Shown piece after piece: positions 37,145 to 46,678 of a stretch of 64,000 nt of DNA; the first letter of the stretch is position 1, and every line of letters starts with the position of its first letter. The notes under the pieces were generated by a model. That model was not told where the DNA came from, ran no database searches, and saw only the letters and a program-made list of their open reading frames with translations. The translations under genes were made by a program, and so were the position numbers. The DNA is taken from NCBI GenBank assembly GCA_902610815.1, contig CACLXG010000002.1, positions 834 through 64,833 on the forward strand, written 5' to 3'. The DNA comes from an uncultured Candidatus Actinomarina sp. (GTDB lineage: Bacteria; Actinomycetota; Acidimicrobiia; Actinomarinales; Actinomarinaceae).

Positions 37145-37678
37145 TTGATACTGATGAAAAATAATAAACAAAGAATTGGTGCTCAGGAACTTGATTTTGA
37201 GTTAGTCACCCTTTACAAATCAAAAAACAACAAATCTGCTACCACAGCTCTTCATTTTGATACTGAAGAAACAAATCAATTTTGTGATTTCACTGAAGCT
37301 GTTTTAGAAATCATATCAGAGAGCGGTATTAAGCACGGCTCTGTAACACTTTTCACTCCTCACACAACTACCGCAGTCGTTATAAATGAATCCGAAACAG
37401 GATACATCAATGACTTTAAGAAAAAGATTGAAGAACTTGTACCATCTGACTCCTACTATGAACACGATGATTGGGATCTAAGAACAGAAAATATGCAAGA
37501 GGATGAGAATGTTAATGGTAGATCGCATGTAAGAGGTACAATAATCGGCTCTAGTGGCGTCACTTTACCAATAATTAATTCTGAACTAATTATTGGAAGA
37601 TGGCAAAGACTATTCTTTGTTGAGTTAGACTGTGCTCGCTCTAGAAGACTTTTTGTCCAAACACATGATTTAAATTAA
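37145..37678 (+). CDS. YjbQ/UPF0047 family protein (secondary thiamine-phosphate synthase-like)
   Basis: FTPHTTTAVVINESE and GRWQRLFFVELD blocks. The start may be the ATG three codons in. Confidence 0.7.
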   Translation: MILMKNNKQRIGAQELDFELVTLYKSKNNKSATTALHFDTEETNQFCDFTEAVLEIISESGIKHGSVTLFTPHTTTAVVINESETGYINDFKKKIEELVPSDSYYEHDDWDLRTENMQEDENVNGRSHVRGTIIGSSGVTLPIINSELIIGRWQRLFFVELDCARSRRLFVQTHDLN

Positions 37679-38268
37679 CCCTTAACTTCTAAGAAATAAT
37701 CAGGTTCCTCATCTATTCTCCATTTGATATTACATCCCATGCTTGGATATTGTGGAGAGATGGTTTCATTGGTATTTAGATAAGCATCTACTGCTTGAGC
37801 TAAACTTTCCCCAGTTACGGGCTTATCATTGCCAGGTCTAGAAAAATCAAACTGTCCTCTGTAAATAAGCTCTGAATCACTATTAAAAAGAAAAAAATCT
37901 GGAGTGCATTGAGCTGTAAAACTTTTTGCAACTGTTTGATCTTTATCAACTACATAAGGAAATTGATATCCCAACTCTGCTGCATACTCTTTCATTTTTT
38001 CAATACTATCTTCTGCATATTTTTCTTGAGAGCTATCGTTTGAATTTATTCCAATAACACCAATATTTTTATTCATTAAATCATTCGTAAAATCTACTAA
38101 TCCTTTATTTATATGTTTTACAAAAGGACAGTGATTACAGATAAACATCACCAAAAGACCCTTATTTTCAGAAAAATTACTATTTTTATAATATTTATCA
38201 TCAATTCCTTTCAGATTAAATTCAGGTAATTTAGTACCTAAAGGCAACATAGTTGATTTCACATCCAT
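37675..38268 (-). CDS. thioredoxin-fold (AhpC/TSA-redoxin) protein
   Basis: CNHCPF CxxC centre in LVMFICNHCPFV. Confidence 0.7.
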   Translation of the reverse strand: MDVKSTMLPLGTKLPEFNLKGIDDKYYKNSNFSENKGLLVMFICNHCPFVKHINKGLVDFTNDLMNKNIGVIGINSNDSSQEKYAEDSIEKMKEYAAELGYQFPYVVDKDQTVAKSFTAQCTPDFFLFNSDSELIYRGQFDFSRPGNDKPVTGESLAQAVDAYLNTNETISPQYPSMGCNIKWRIDEEPDYFLEVKG

Positions 38269-38354
38269 TTTTCCTCACTTTTTGTTAAATATTTTACAAT
38301 TATAGAAAGTAATAGAGATAATGAGACACAAGTGTGTTAGTTGATTTGTCTAAA

Positions 38355-39602
38355 TTATTTTTTTGCTATTTTTTTTACAATAAAAGACTCTATTCTTCTA
38401 TTGTCCAGCTCTGTTACTGTCACTTCCAAACCATCAACAATTATTTTTTCGCCTTCTGCAGGAAGTTGTTCAGAATGGCTTAAAAACAATCCACCAACTG
38501 TAGCAATATCTTTATCACTCTCTTCTAAACCAAAAAATTCTTCAAAATCATCAATATCTGTTTTACCGTCAACTCTCCATTGACCAGGACCTATCCTTCT
38601 AATTCCAAGGAATCTTTGGTCATGTTCATCGGGTAAATCGCCGACGAATTCTGAAAGTACGTCTTTAATTGTTATGACACCCTCTATTCCACCATTTTCA
38701 TCAATTACACAGGCAAAACTAGCTTTGTTTTCTCTTAATATATTTAGTGCTGACAATACTGTTGTGTACTCAGGTAGGTATATAACATCTTTTACCAGAT
38801 TCTCTACTTCCACTGAATCAGAACTTGCCTTTAAGTTAAAAAGATCTTTTACATATACGATTCCGAATGTGTCATCTAATGATTCAGATTTAGAAACTGG
38901 CATTCTAGATATTCTTTTTTCATCAACTAATTTTTTTATATCGCTTATTTCAACTGGCAAAGATAAAAACAATACATCAACTCTCGGTGTCATAATTTCT
39001 TTTATTGGACGGTCTGAAAAATCTAGCAGTGAATCAATTATTTCTCTTTCTGCAGGCAGTATTTGTCCCTCCATTTCACCCAAAGCAGTCAGTGCTTGAA
39101 TATCAGCTTCAGTTATTTCTCCATCACCATCCATATCTCCATCTCTAGATGTTCTATCAATAGATTTTGTAATCAAGCTTGTAAAGGGAGCAAAGGTTCT
39201 TGAAAGGAAATCTATTATAAAAGCAGTTCTTGATAGAAATTTAATTGGGTTTCTAGAGGCAATAGTTTTTGGGGTAATCTCTCCTGCAATTAAAACAAGA
39301 AGAGTAATTACTATTGTTGATAATGCCGATCCAGCAGTTTCATCACCATCTAAATAATTAACAAACAGAATTGTAGACAAAGAAGCCATCAATATGTTGA
39401 CAAAGTTGTTAGCAACAAGAATTCCACCAATTGTTTGCTCTAAGTCATCTTTAGCTTTTTTAATTTTATTATTTCTTTTAGAATCTGATAATTGATGAAT
39501 TTTTTCTCTAGGAACATAGGTTATCGCTGTTTCTGATCCTGAAAGAAGAGCAGAAAAAAACAAGCAAATTGCTATAAGTGCGATTATTAGGTTAGTACTC
39601 AA
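38355..39602 (-). CDS. CNNM/CorC-family transporter (DUF21 + CBS pair + CorC_HlyC)
   Basis: N-terminal 4 TM segments with SGSETA, CBS region IMTPRVD, C-terminal transporter-associated domain. Confidence 0.8.
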   Translation of the reverse strand: MSTNLIIALIAICLFFSALLSGSETAITYVPREKIHQLSDSKRNNKIKKAKDDLEQTIGGILVANNFVNILMASLSTILFVNYLDGDETAGSALSTIVITLLVLIAGEITPKTIASRNPIKFLSRTAFIIDFLSRTFAPFTSLITKSIDRTSRDGDMDGDGEITEADIQALTALGEMEGQILPAEREIIDSLLDFSDRPIKEIMTPRVDVLFLSLPVEISDIKKLVDEKRISRMPVSKSESLDDTFGIVYVKDLFNLKASSDSVEVENLVKDVIYLPEYTTVLSALNILRENKASFACVIDENGGIEGVITIKDVLSEFVGDLPDEHDQRFLGIRRIGPGQWRVDGKTDIDDFEEFFGLEESDKDIATVGGLFLSHSEQLPAEGEKIIVDGLEVTVTELDNRRIESFIVKKIAKK

Positions 39603-39633
39603 TATGTATTATTGATTTTAGAATATTATTCAA

Positions 39634-39957
39634 TTAAGTAAAAAGGTTTTTTAATTTACTTTTTTCAAGAGGTTTAAGCAAGTAGTCATCTGCCCCTACT
39701 CGTTTTGCTTGAAAACTATCTGCTTCACGGTCAATTAAAAGCACAATAGTTGAATCAATAACTTTTTCACTTCTTTTTAGCTCTCTTACAATAGAAGGCC
39801 CACCATTATTGTTTACTTGCATGTCTACAAAAATATAATCATATGAAATATTCACATCATTTGCATCTTCCAAATAAGTAAAATTACACTCAAAATCTAT
39901 TAATTTTACGAGTGAATCTTTTACCCATGTATTGTCGGTTATTAAGCAAATTTTCAC
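39634..39957 (-). CDS. stand-alone response-regulator receiver domain
   Basis: 107 aa. Phospho-acceptor context IFVDMQV and LLKP lysine. No output domain and no adjacent kinase. Confidence 0.6.
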   Translation of the reverse strand: MKICLITDNTWVKDSLVKLIDFECNFTYLEDANDVNISYDYIFVDMQVNNNGGPSIVRELKRSEKVIDSTIVLLIDREADSFQAKRVGADDYLLKPLEKSKLKNLFT

Positions 39958-39998
39958 AGTTTTAAAAGACTACTATCCTATATATTTAAGTATATAAA

Positions 39999-41159
39999 AT
40001 GTTAAAACTATTACCTATATTATTTCTAGCTGTGATAAATACTGCAAATGTCAATATATTTGAGATTGAAGGTATTTTTTCTAGTGGCCATATAAATGCT
40101 CTTGAAAGATATGTTGATGAGAATAGTGAGAAAGAAAAGAACCTTTTTGTTGTTCAGTACAATGCTTCAGATGTAAATGTAAATTCAATAGATGAATTAC
40201 AAGTAATTTTAAACAACATGGATGCTCCAAAAGCAATTTGGGTTGGACCAAACAAAAGAGAAGTTGACTTGAGTGTCTTACGCAATTTCGATTTTGTAGG
40301 CTTATCTCCTGGAACAATTATTACAAATAATAAAGGCCCAGGTTTATTTGAAACTATTTGTGAGACAAATACTTGTACCAACAATGATGTTTTAGTTACA
40401 GCTGAGGAAGGTATTTATAAGGATTATTTAATCGTTGGTTCTATAGGTGCATTTGTGGAAAACTTAGGCAGTCAAGAGATACCGTCAAGAATTAGGAAAA
40501 TATCTTTGAGTTTTGATTTAAGCTCTGAGGAAATCAATCAAATTAGATTTATTAAGCCTTCGCTTTTTGAAAGATTTTACATTGCTATATCAAATCCTGT
40601 ATTTACCTATTTATTTTTTGCACTTGGTTTTGCATTAATAGGCCTAGAACTCTTTGCAATAGGCCCTGGCTTAATGGCATTTAATGGCGCATTGTTAATA
40701 GCTTTTTCTTCAATGACATTTCATGAGTACAACTTAAATTACATTGGTTTACTAATTTTCTTAGCCTCATTCTTGATGTTTATTAAAGTCCTGTCTAGAG
40801 GTTTTTTTGGACCACTAGGACTTGCTGCTTTGATTGTTATGCACGGATCGTCATTAATTATGTTTTCTGATTATTTACTCCAAATTAATCACTTTCTATT
40901 ATTTGGCTCCTCGTCAATAATTGCTTTTTTCTACTTTGTTGCAATACCTACCGTAATTAGATCCCGACTAACTACTGATACAAGTGCTATGTCATCATTG
41001 GTAAATTCCCAAGTTACCTTACTGGAATTAATTAACAACAATCAAGCACTAGTTAGATTGAACGGAAAAAAAATTGTTGTAGATAGGGCTGAAAGCAATT
41101 CTTATACTTTAAAAAATGAGTACAAAGTTGTCGAAGAGGATGGAAAACTCATAATTTAA
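39999..41159 (+). CDS. NfeD-like membrane protein (degenerate ClpP-like N-domain, TM core, C-terminal OB)
   Basis: Three-part architecture. C-terminus ALVRLNGKKIVVDR...VVEEDGKLII resembles the NfeD OB fold. Confidence 0.45.
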   Translation: MLKLLPILFLAVINTANVNIFEIEGIFSSGHINALERYVDENSEKEKNLFVVQYNASDVNVNSIDELQVILNNMDAPKAIWVGPNKREVDLSVLRNFDFVGLSPGTIITNNKGPGLFETICETNTCTNNDVLVTAEEGIYKDYLIVGSIGAFVENLGSQEIPSRIRKISLSFDLSSEEINQIRFIKPSLFERFYIAISNPVFTYLFFALGFALIGLELFAIGPGLMAFNGALLIAFSSMTFHEYNLNYIGLLIFLASFLMFIKVLSRGFFGPLGLAALIVMHGSSLIMFSDYLLQINHFLLFGSSSIIAFFYFVAIPTVIRSRLTTDTSAMSSLVNSQVTLLELINNNQALVRLNGKKIVVDRAESNSYTLKNEYKVVEEDGKLII

Positions 41160-41218
41160 AGGTTTACTTCGCGAAAAAAATCTTTTTACAGACAGATTTC
41201 AGCGTTTACTGTTTACAT

Positions 41219-41473
41219 ATGCTTCAAATAAAAGTTTCAACTTGGCAGTACGATGCTCTTTGCAGACAACACAGTAGCAACTTATTCTTCCCACCTGCAA
41301 CTTTTGAAAAAAAAGAAGATCGTGAAAAAAGAGAAGCCAAAGCAAAAGCTGTTTGTAGTGGGTGCCCGGTAAAATTTGAGTGTCTAGAAGAAGCAAATGA
41401 AATTTCCGAACCTTTTGGGGTTTGGGGAGGCCTTAATGAGGTGGAAAGAAAAAGAGAAGCAATCTACACCTAA
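41219..41473 (+). CDS. whiB: WhiB-family transcriptional regulator
   Basis: Four Cys (ALC..., CSGCPVKFEC), GVWGG turn and basic tail. Confidence 0.85.
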   Translation: MLQIKVSTWQYDALCRQHSSNLFFPPATFEKKEDREKREAKAKAVCSGCPVKFECLEEANEISEPFGVWGGLNEVERKREAIYT

Positions 41474-43149
41474 TTTATTTTTGCTCTTAAACCATTAGAG
41501 TCTATTTTTTGTGTTACTAACTCTTTATCTAAAAATTCTAAATATGGAATGGCATATTTTCTAGTAAGAGATGATTGTTCTTTAAAATCTGTTACTGAAA
41601 ATTTATCTGGTAAAGAATTGATAATTTTGGTTAGTTGATTTTTATGGTCTTCCGAAATAACTATGTTTTTTGTAACTCTAAATAGACAACCATTCATAAA
41701 TAAAGATTTAATTGCTTCTGTATCGTATTTCCTTAAGTCCACTTCATTAACATTTAGATTATTACCCAATTGGGATTTAAGTTCCGCAAGAAGTTGGCTA
41801 TCTATATCTAATATCTTATTTTCAACAATTTGATCCTTCTGAATTTTTATGGATTTGAAGTCAACATTAAGTTTTTTTAATTCTTTTTCCTCTATATAAA
41901 AATTTTTATAAAAATAACTACCAACACCATACTTATTGATTTCGATAATATTTGATTTAATATTTTCCTCTAATGTTTTTAAATTATTTTTTCTAATAAA
42001 GAATTTTCCAATTCTTTTAAACTCCTCGCTGTTACTGGTTAATAGATTTTCAGGAATTAAAGTAAATATTTCTTCTAAATTTACATTATCTTTCATCCGA
42101 AAATCTCTGATTAATTTTTTTATTAAATAACTATTATTCGTTGAGTGAACAACACTTCCTCCGATGAACATTTTTTTAGACAGGTTGTGTACTAAAACTT
42201 TTTGTAAGCTCAGGACAGGAATGCTTTTTTCTAATTGCACAAGCAAGAATATTTTGTTGTCGATTTTAATGGTTCTACATTTCTTAATAATCTGAGTGTG
42301 TGTGCCAACATAAATTCTTAAAGTTCCTCTTTCCAAAAATAAAGCCGAATCTGTATTTGGTCTTATAAGCATATAAGTAGTTTTTTCAATTAATTGATTA
42401 GCCAACAAACTTCCTTTTCCTGGATCACTTTTATTATTTTTTAAAGATATTGCAATTCTTGAAGATGAGGTAATTAAAGTATTCAATTTTTGACCCACTG
42501 ACTCTACTTCTCTTATATCTAATTGAGTTTGTTGATCATCTACAAACACCTTGTCAAAACTCATATTTTTACTTGCTGTTCCAGTAATTACTTTTCCTAT
42601 CCCCTCGATAGAAAATACTCTATCAACCCACAAAGAAGGAGGATTTATATTTGATTCAGATTTGTTAAAAAATTCATAAATAATTTTTTGTACTGATTTT
42701 TTATCACTATTTATTGAACTAAACTCAATCAACGAGTAATTAATCTCTTTGAAGTCAATTAATTTATTTATCAATTCATTTTTGACATACACGATATCTT
42801 TTTTATCTGTTTTAGTTAGGAAAAAGAGTAGATTATTAATTCCTAGATTTATTAGTGACAAAAAATGCTCTTCTGACTGTTGAGACCAACCCTGCGTTGA
42901 GTCAACACAAAACAAAACTCCATCAACGTTCGAGAAACCACTAATTGTATTTTTAAAATAATCGGAGTGACCCGGCACATCAACAATTGAAAATCTTTTT
43001 TCTTTATAATCAAAATATGTATAGCCAAGGTTAATAGTAAGGCCTCTTTGTTTTTCCTCTTTTAAGCGGTCAGTTTCCTGTCCAGTTAAGAAATTAACTA
43101 ATGTGGACTTACCATGATCAACATGGCCAGCTGTCGCTAATACGGTCAT
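41470..43149 (-). CDS. selB: selenocysteine-specific elongation factor SelB
   Basis: ATAGHVDHGKSTL G1 and DVPGH G3 motifs, with a long winged-helix C-terminal extension. ATGA overlap with selA. Confidence 0.8.
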   Translation of the reverse strand: MTVLATAGHVDHGKSTLVNFLTGQETDRLKEEKQRGLTINLGYTYFDYKEKRFSIVDVPGHSDYFKNTISGFSNVDGVLFCVDSTQGWSQQSEEHFLSLINLGINNLLFFLTKTDKKDIVYVKNELINKLIDFKEINYSLIEFSSINSDKKSVQKIIYEFFNKSESNINPPSLWVDRVFSIEGIGKVITGTASKNMSFDKVFVDDQQTQLDIREVESVGQKLNTLITSSSRIAISLKNNKSDPGKGSLLANQLIEKTTYMLIRPNTDSALFLERGTLRIYVGTHTQIIKKCRTIKIDNKIFLLVQLEKSIPVLSLQKVLVHNLSKKMFIGGSVVHSTNNSYLIKKLIRDFRMKDNVNLEEIFTLIPENLLTSNSEEFKRIGKFFIRKNNLKTLEENIKSNIIEINKYGVGSYFYKNFYIEEKELKKLNVDFKSIKIQKDQIVENKILDIDSQLLAELKSQLGNNLNVNEVDLRKYDTEAIKSLFMNGCLFRVTKNIVISEDHKNQLTKIINSLPDKFSVTDFKEQSSLTRKYAIPYLEFLDKELVTQKIDSNGLRAKIN

Positions 43150-44441
43150 AATGAATTAAGAAATTTAGCAATTTCATCATCTTGATTTTCAAATACACTC
43201 CTCAAATCAATATTTATTTTTCCATCAACAACTCTTGGGATGATTGGATATTCGTTACTAATTAGTTTCATCAAAACTTTTTCTGATTTATCAACATCTA
43301 GAACCATTACAGGTGAACTTAGAGTTAAGTTCGGCAGTGTTCCACCTCCAATCAGGCTTTCACCGTTGATTATTTTGTGTTTAATATTGCTATTTTCAGT
43401 TATTTTTTCAAATCTACTTTCTAGCTCCGAATATGTCTTTTTTAACAAGTTCCAAAATGGAATATTTTCTTCATTTTTTTGAATGTATAATTCCGTAGTT
43501 TTTTGAAGTTCATGTAAAACAATATCGGAGCACCTGTATGTTCTGAAGATACTAAAGGTCTTTATTGATTCAATTAATTCGTTATTTCCTGCAATAATTC
43601 CAGACTGCACAGAGCCAAATAGCTTATCTCCAGAGAACATCACAATATCAACGCCATCTTTTATAGATTGTTGAACTCTAGGCTCTTTTTCAAATATGGA
43701 TAGGTTGTGTTTTGATAGAAATGAATTTTCAATTACTAAACCACTACCTAGATCATGAAGTAATAATGTGTCATATTTGTTTTTTAAATCAGCTAGTTCA
43801 CTAATACTCACTTCTTCAGTAAATCCGCTAATTGAAAAATTACTTCTATGAACTTTTAACACTACAGATTTGGGATGTTCTTTTAACGCCTTTTCATAGT
43901 CACTTAAACGAGTTTTATTTGTTGTTCCAACCTCAATTAAATTCATTCCGGTTTCAGATATTATGTCTGGAAGCCTGTATGAACCTCCAATTTCAATAAT
44001 TTCACCTCTAGACACTATGACAGCATCTTTGTTATGTATTCTTGCAAGGCATAGCAAAGATAGATAAAGGGAGGAAGCGTTGTTATTTACAAAAGCCACA
44101 TTTTCAGCATTAAGTAAAACCTTCATAGATTCTGTTAAATATTCATTACGCTTACCTCTTGAAGCAGTTGTTAAGTCATATTCAATATTTGTATACATTG
44201 CTGAGAAAGATATATTTACTGGAGATCTACCTAAATTTGTATGAAGTACAGTACCAGTTGCATTTATAATTTCTCTTTGTTTTTTCAAACTAAGTTTGTT
44301 GATTAATATTTCAAACTCTTTTTTCGCATCTTCAGGATTTTTATTTGCAGAAAGTATATTTTTTGCAAATTCGACTTTTATATCTCTTGGGAGGTTGGAA
44401 TTTGTTGATTCAACTAGTTTATTTACGGAAATATTTTCCAT
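43146..44441 (-). CDS. selA: L-seryl-tRNA(Sec) selenium transferase SelA
   Basis: INATGTVLHTNLGR and PLP-lysine block FSGDKLFGSVQSGII. Confidence 0.85.
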   Translation of the reverse strand: MENISVNKLVESTNSNLPRDIKVEFAKNILSANKNPEDAKKEFEILINKLSLKKQREIINATGTVLHTNLGRSPVNISFSAMYTNIEYDLTTASRGKRNEYLTESMKVLLNAENVAFVNNNASSLYLSLLCLARIHNKDAVIVSRGEIIEIGGSYRLPDIISETGMNLIEVGTTNKTRLSDYEKALKEHPKSVVLKVHRSNFSISGFTEEVSISELADLKNKYDTLLLHDLGSGLVIENSFLSKHNLSIFEKEPRVQQSIKDGVDIVMFSGDKLFGSVQSGIIAGNNELIESIKTFSIFRTYRCSDIVLHELQKTTELYIQKNEENIPFWNLLKKTYSELESRFEKITENSNIKHKIINGESLIGGGTLPNLTLSSPVMVLDVDKSEKVLMKLISNEYPIIPRVVDGKINIDLRSVFENQDDEIAKFLNSL

Positions 44442-45568
44442 TATTTAGAAAGTTCTTCAAAAACTTTTGCTAAACGCCCAGTACAGGTTTCATCAACTAT
44501 TGGAGGTAGTTTATTAGCTATGACAGAAATGAGTTTTTCAATTTCTGTTTTAGTTGGTGTATTTTTCTCTTGAAGAATTAAAGGCGTACCATCATCAGCA
44601 ATATCATTTGTATCTTCACTAATAGGAATTTTCCCCAGTACTTGAATCGAGAATTGTTCTGCTAGTGCATCTCCTCCGCCTTTGCCAAATATATTAAATT
44701 TATCACCATTACTTGTTTCAAAGTACGACATATTTTCAATTACACCTAAAAGAGGTATAAAACTTCTCTTTGCCATATCGGCAACCCTAGTTGCAACTTT
44801 TTGTGCCATAAGCTGGGGAGTTGTGACAACGATGAGTTCAGCTTGAGGAAGCAATCTGCTCAATGCCATTTGAATATCACCAGTACCAGGTGGCAAATCA
44901 ATAATTAAGTAATCAAGATCTCCCCAGTCGACGTTTGTTAGAAACTGTTCCAATGCTTTACTTAACATTAATCCACGCCACATAAGCGCAGTATCTTCAT
45001 CGCTAGTAATTAACCCTGTTGAAATGACTTTTAAATTATCATAATCATATGGAATCATAAGTTTTTCATCATTTGCTTCAATTCTTCCCTTAATTCCTAG
45101 AAGTCGAGGAATAGAAAATCCCCAAATATCAGCATCCAGAAGGCCAGTTTTGAATCCTTTTTTTGACAAGCCAAGTGCAATATTTGTTGATAAAGTGGAT
45201 TTTCCGACACCACCTTTTCCACTACCTATTGCAATAACTCTTGTTCTTGGGTCAACTTTTGTTGGTTGAGCATTTTCTCTTGCTTTTTTTCTTGCTTTTT
45301 CCATAACTGCAGTTCTATCTTTTTGATCCATAGCAACAACATTAATTTCAACTGTTTCAACATTTTCAAGTAAAGTTAGTTTTCTGGTGATTTCTTTTTC
45401 AATTTGATTTCGCATTGGACAATCTGCAATTGTAAGGGCAAGGTCTATTTTGACAGTTAACCCTTTATGATCAACTGCTTTAACCATTCCAAGCTCTACA
45501 ATATTTGCCCCTAATTCAGGATCAAACACTGTAGATAGGTGTTTGATCAATATATCACTTTGTGTCAT
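44441..45568 (-). CDS. Mrp/ApbC/NBP35 Fe-S cluster carrier ATPase with N-terminal MIP18 domain
   Basis: DPELGANIVELGMV (DUF59), deviant Walker A SGKGGVGKS, DLPPGTGD. Confidence 0.85.
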   Translation of the reverse strand: MTQSDILIKHLSTVFDPELGANIVELGMVKAVDHKGLTVKIDLALTIADCPMRNQIEKEITRKLTLLENVETVEINVVAMDQKDRTAVMEKARKKARENAQPTKVDPRTRVIAIGSGKGGVGKSTLSTNIALGLSKKGFKTGLLDADIWGFSIPRLLGIKGRIEANDEKLMIPYDYDNLKVISTGLITSDEDTALMWRGLMLSKALEQFLTNVDWGDLDYLIIDLPPGTGDIQMALSRLLPQAELIVVTTPQLMAQKVATRVADMAKRSFIPLLGVIENMSYFETSNGDKFNIFGKGGGDALAEQFSIQVLGKIPISEDTNDIADDGTPLILQEKNTPTKTEIEKLISVIANKLPPIVDETCTGRLAKVFEELSK

Positions 45569-45645
45569 ATTGATATTCTAAGTACATTTGTGAAAGATGT
45601 AATTATTAATTTATTGAATATAAATTTTCTTGTTATAATTAGCTT

Positions 45646-45993
45646 ATGGATATACAAATTAAATCATCAAGAGCAGTGCTGGCAACTGACAGTGCTGTAA
45701 ATAAGCTTGTAGAACTTAAATCTGAGGAGACAGCAGAAGATAGCTTTCTAAGAATGGGTGTAAAACCTGGGGGTTGTTCTGGCTACTCTTACGAAATGTT
45801 CTTCGATACGGATAAATTTGATGGTGACGTAATTGAAGAGTACGATGGGGTCAATATTGTTGTTGATGGACAGAGCCTAGAGCATATTAAAGGTGCAACT
45901 CTAGATTACAAAGAAGGATTAATGGAAACAGGTTTCTCGATTGATAATCCCAATGTATCCAGAACGTGTGGTTGCGGTAATAGCTTTAGTTAA
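45646..45993 (+). CDS. A-type Fe-S cluster insertion protein (IscA/ErpA/HesB)
   Basis: GGCSGYSY and C-terminal CGCGNSF. Confidence 0.85.
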   Translation: MDIQIKSSRAVLATDSAVNKLVELKSEETAEDSFLRMGVKPGGCSGYSYEMFFDTDKFDGDVIEEYDGVNIVVDGQSLEHIKGATLDYKEGLMETGFSIDNPNVSRTCGCGNSFS

Positions 45994-46615
45994 ATTTATA
46001 ACCGACTGAGTGTACTGTTTTAATCCAATCATTTCTTTGGTCACCAAGTTTCGCTCTTAATCTTCTAACATGAACATCAACTGTTCTTGCTCCACCGAAA
46101 TAATCGTAACCCCAAACTTTTTCTAAAAGCTGTTCTCTTGACCAGACATTTTCTTGGTTAACAACAAAAAACTTTAATAATTCGTACTCCATAAATGTCA
46201 GGTCAAGTAATACATCACCTGCTTTGGCTTCATATGTTTTTAAATTAATACTGAGATCTTTGAATTCAAGTATTTCTGACTCACCGTCGCCGACTAGTGC
46301 ATGTACTCTTGCACCAACCTCTTCTAATTTGCTGCTACTAGAGATTAATTCAATTTGTGGGTTTTGAATCAGATCAATAGTTTGTTGAAAATCTATATCG
46401 TTAACAATGATTAAAGTAGGAAAAGGTCTATTTGAAGATTCAAAATCTGATAAGTTCTTTTTAGTTTCACCATATTTAGATAGCGATGTTATAACTAATT
46501 GTATTTGCTTTGGGTTTTGTATATTTTTAATGACGAGTTTTTTCACCCCAGAAGACTCTAATAAATCTTCAAAGTTCTTATGTTCTTTATCTATGTTTAT
46601 GTATGTATCTATCAT
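45986..46615 (-). CDS. OmpR/PhoB-type winged-helix regulator with degenerate receiver (GlnR-like)
   Basis: C-terminus LTFMEYELLKFF...TVDVHVRRLRAKLG...VGYKF. The N-domain lacks the acidic pocket. Divergent from glnII. Confidence 0.6.
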   Translation of the reverse strand: MIDTYINIDKEHKNFEDLLESSGVKKLVIKNIQNPKQIQLVITSLSKYGETKKNLSDFESSNRPFPTLIIVNDIDFQQTIDLIQNPQIELISSSSKLEEVGARVHALVGDGESEILEFKDLSINLKTYEAKAGDVLLDLTFMEYELLKFFVVNQENVWSREQLLEKVWGYDYFGGARTVDVHVRRLRAKLGDQRNDWIKTVHSVGYKFN

Positions 46616-46678
46616 CTCGAAACAATTATTTAATAATTCTGTAACAACATTGCTTGAAATATATATTACATTATTTTC

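Noticed and set aside
37675-38268. Thioredoxin-fold protein (and MsrA at 29405..30007) considered as the selenoprotein client of SelA/SelB.
   Set aside because: Both have ordinary Cys codons at the redox centre (CNHC; GGCFWC), and the ORFs are uninterrupted by TGA.
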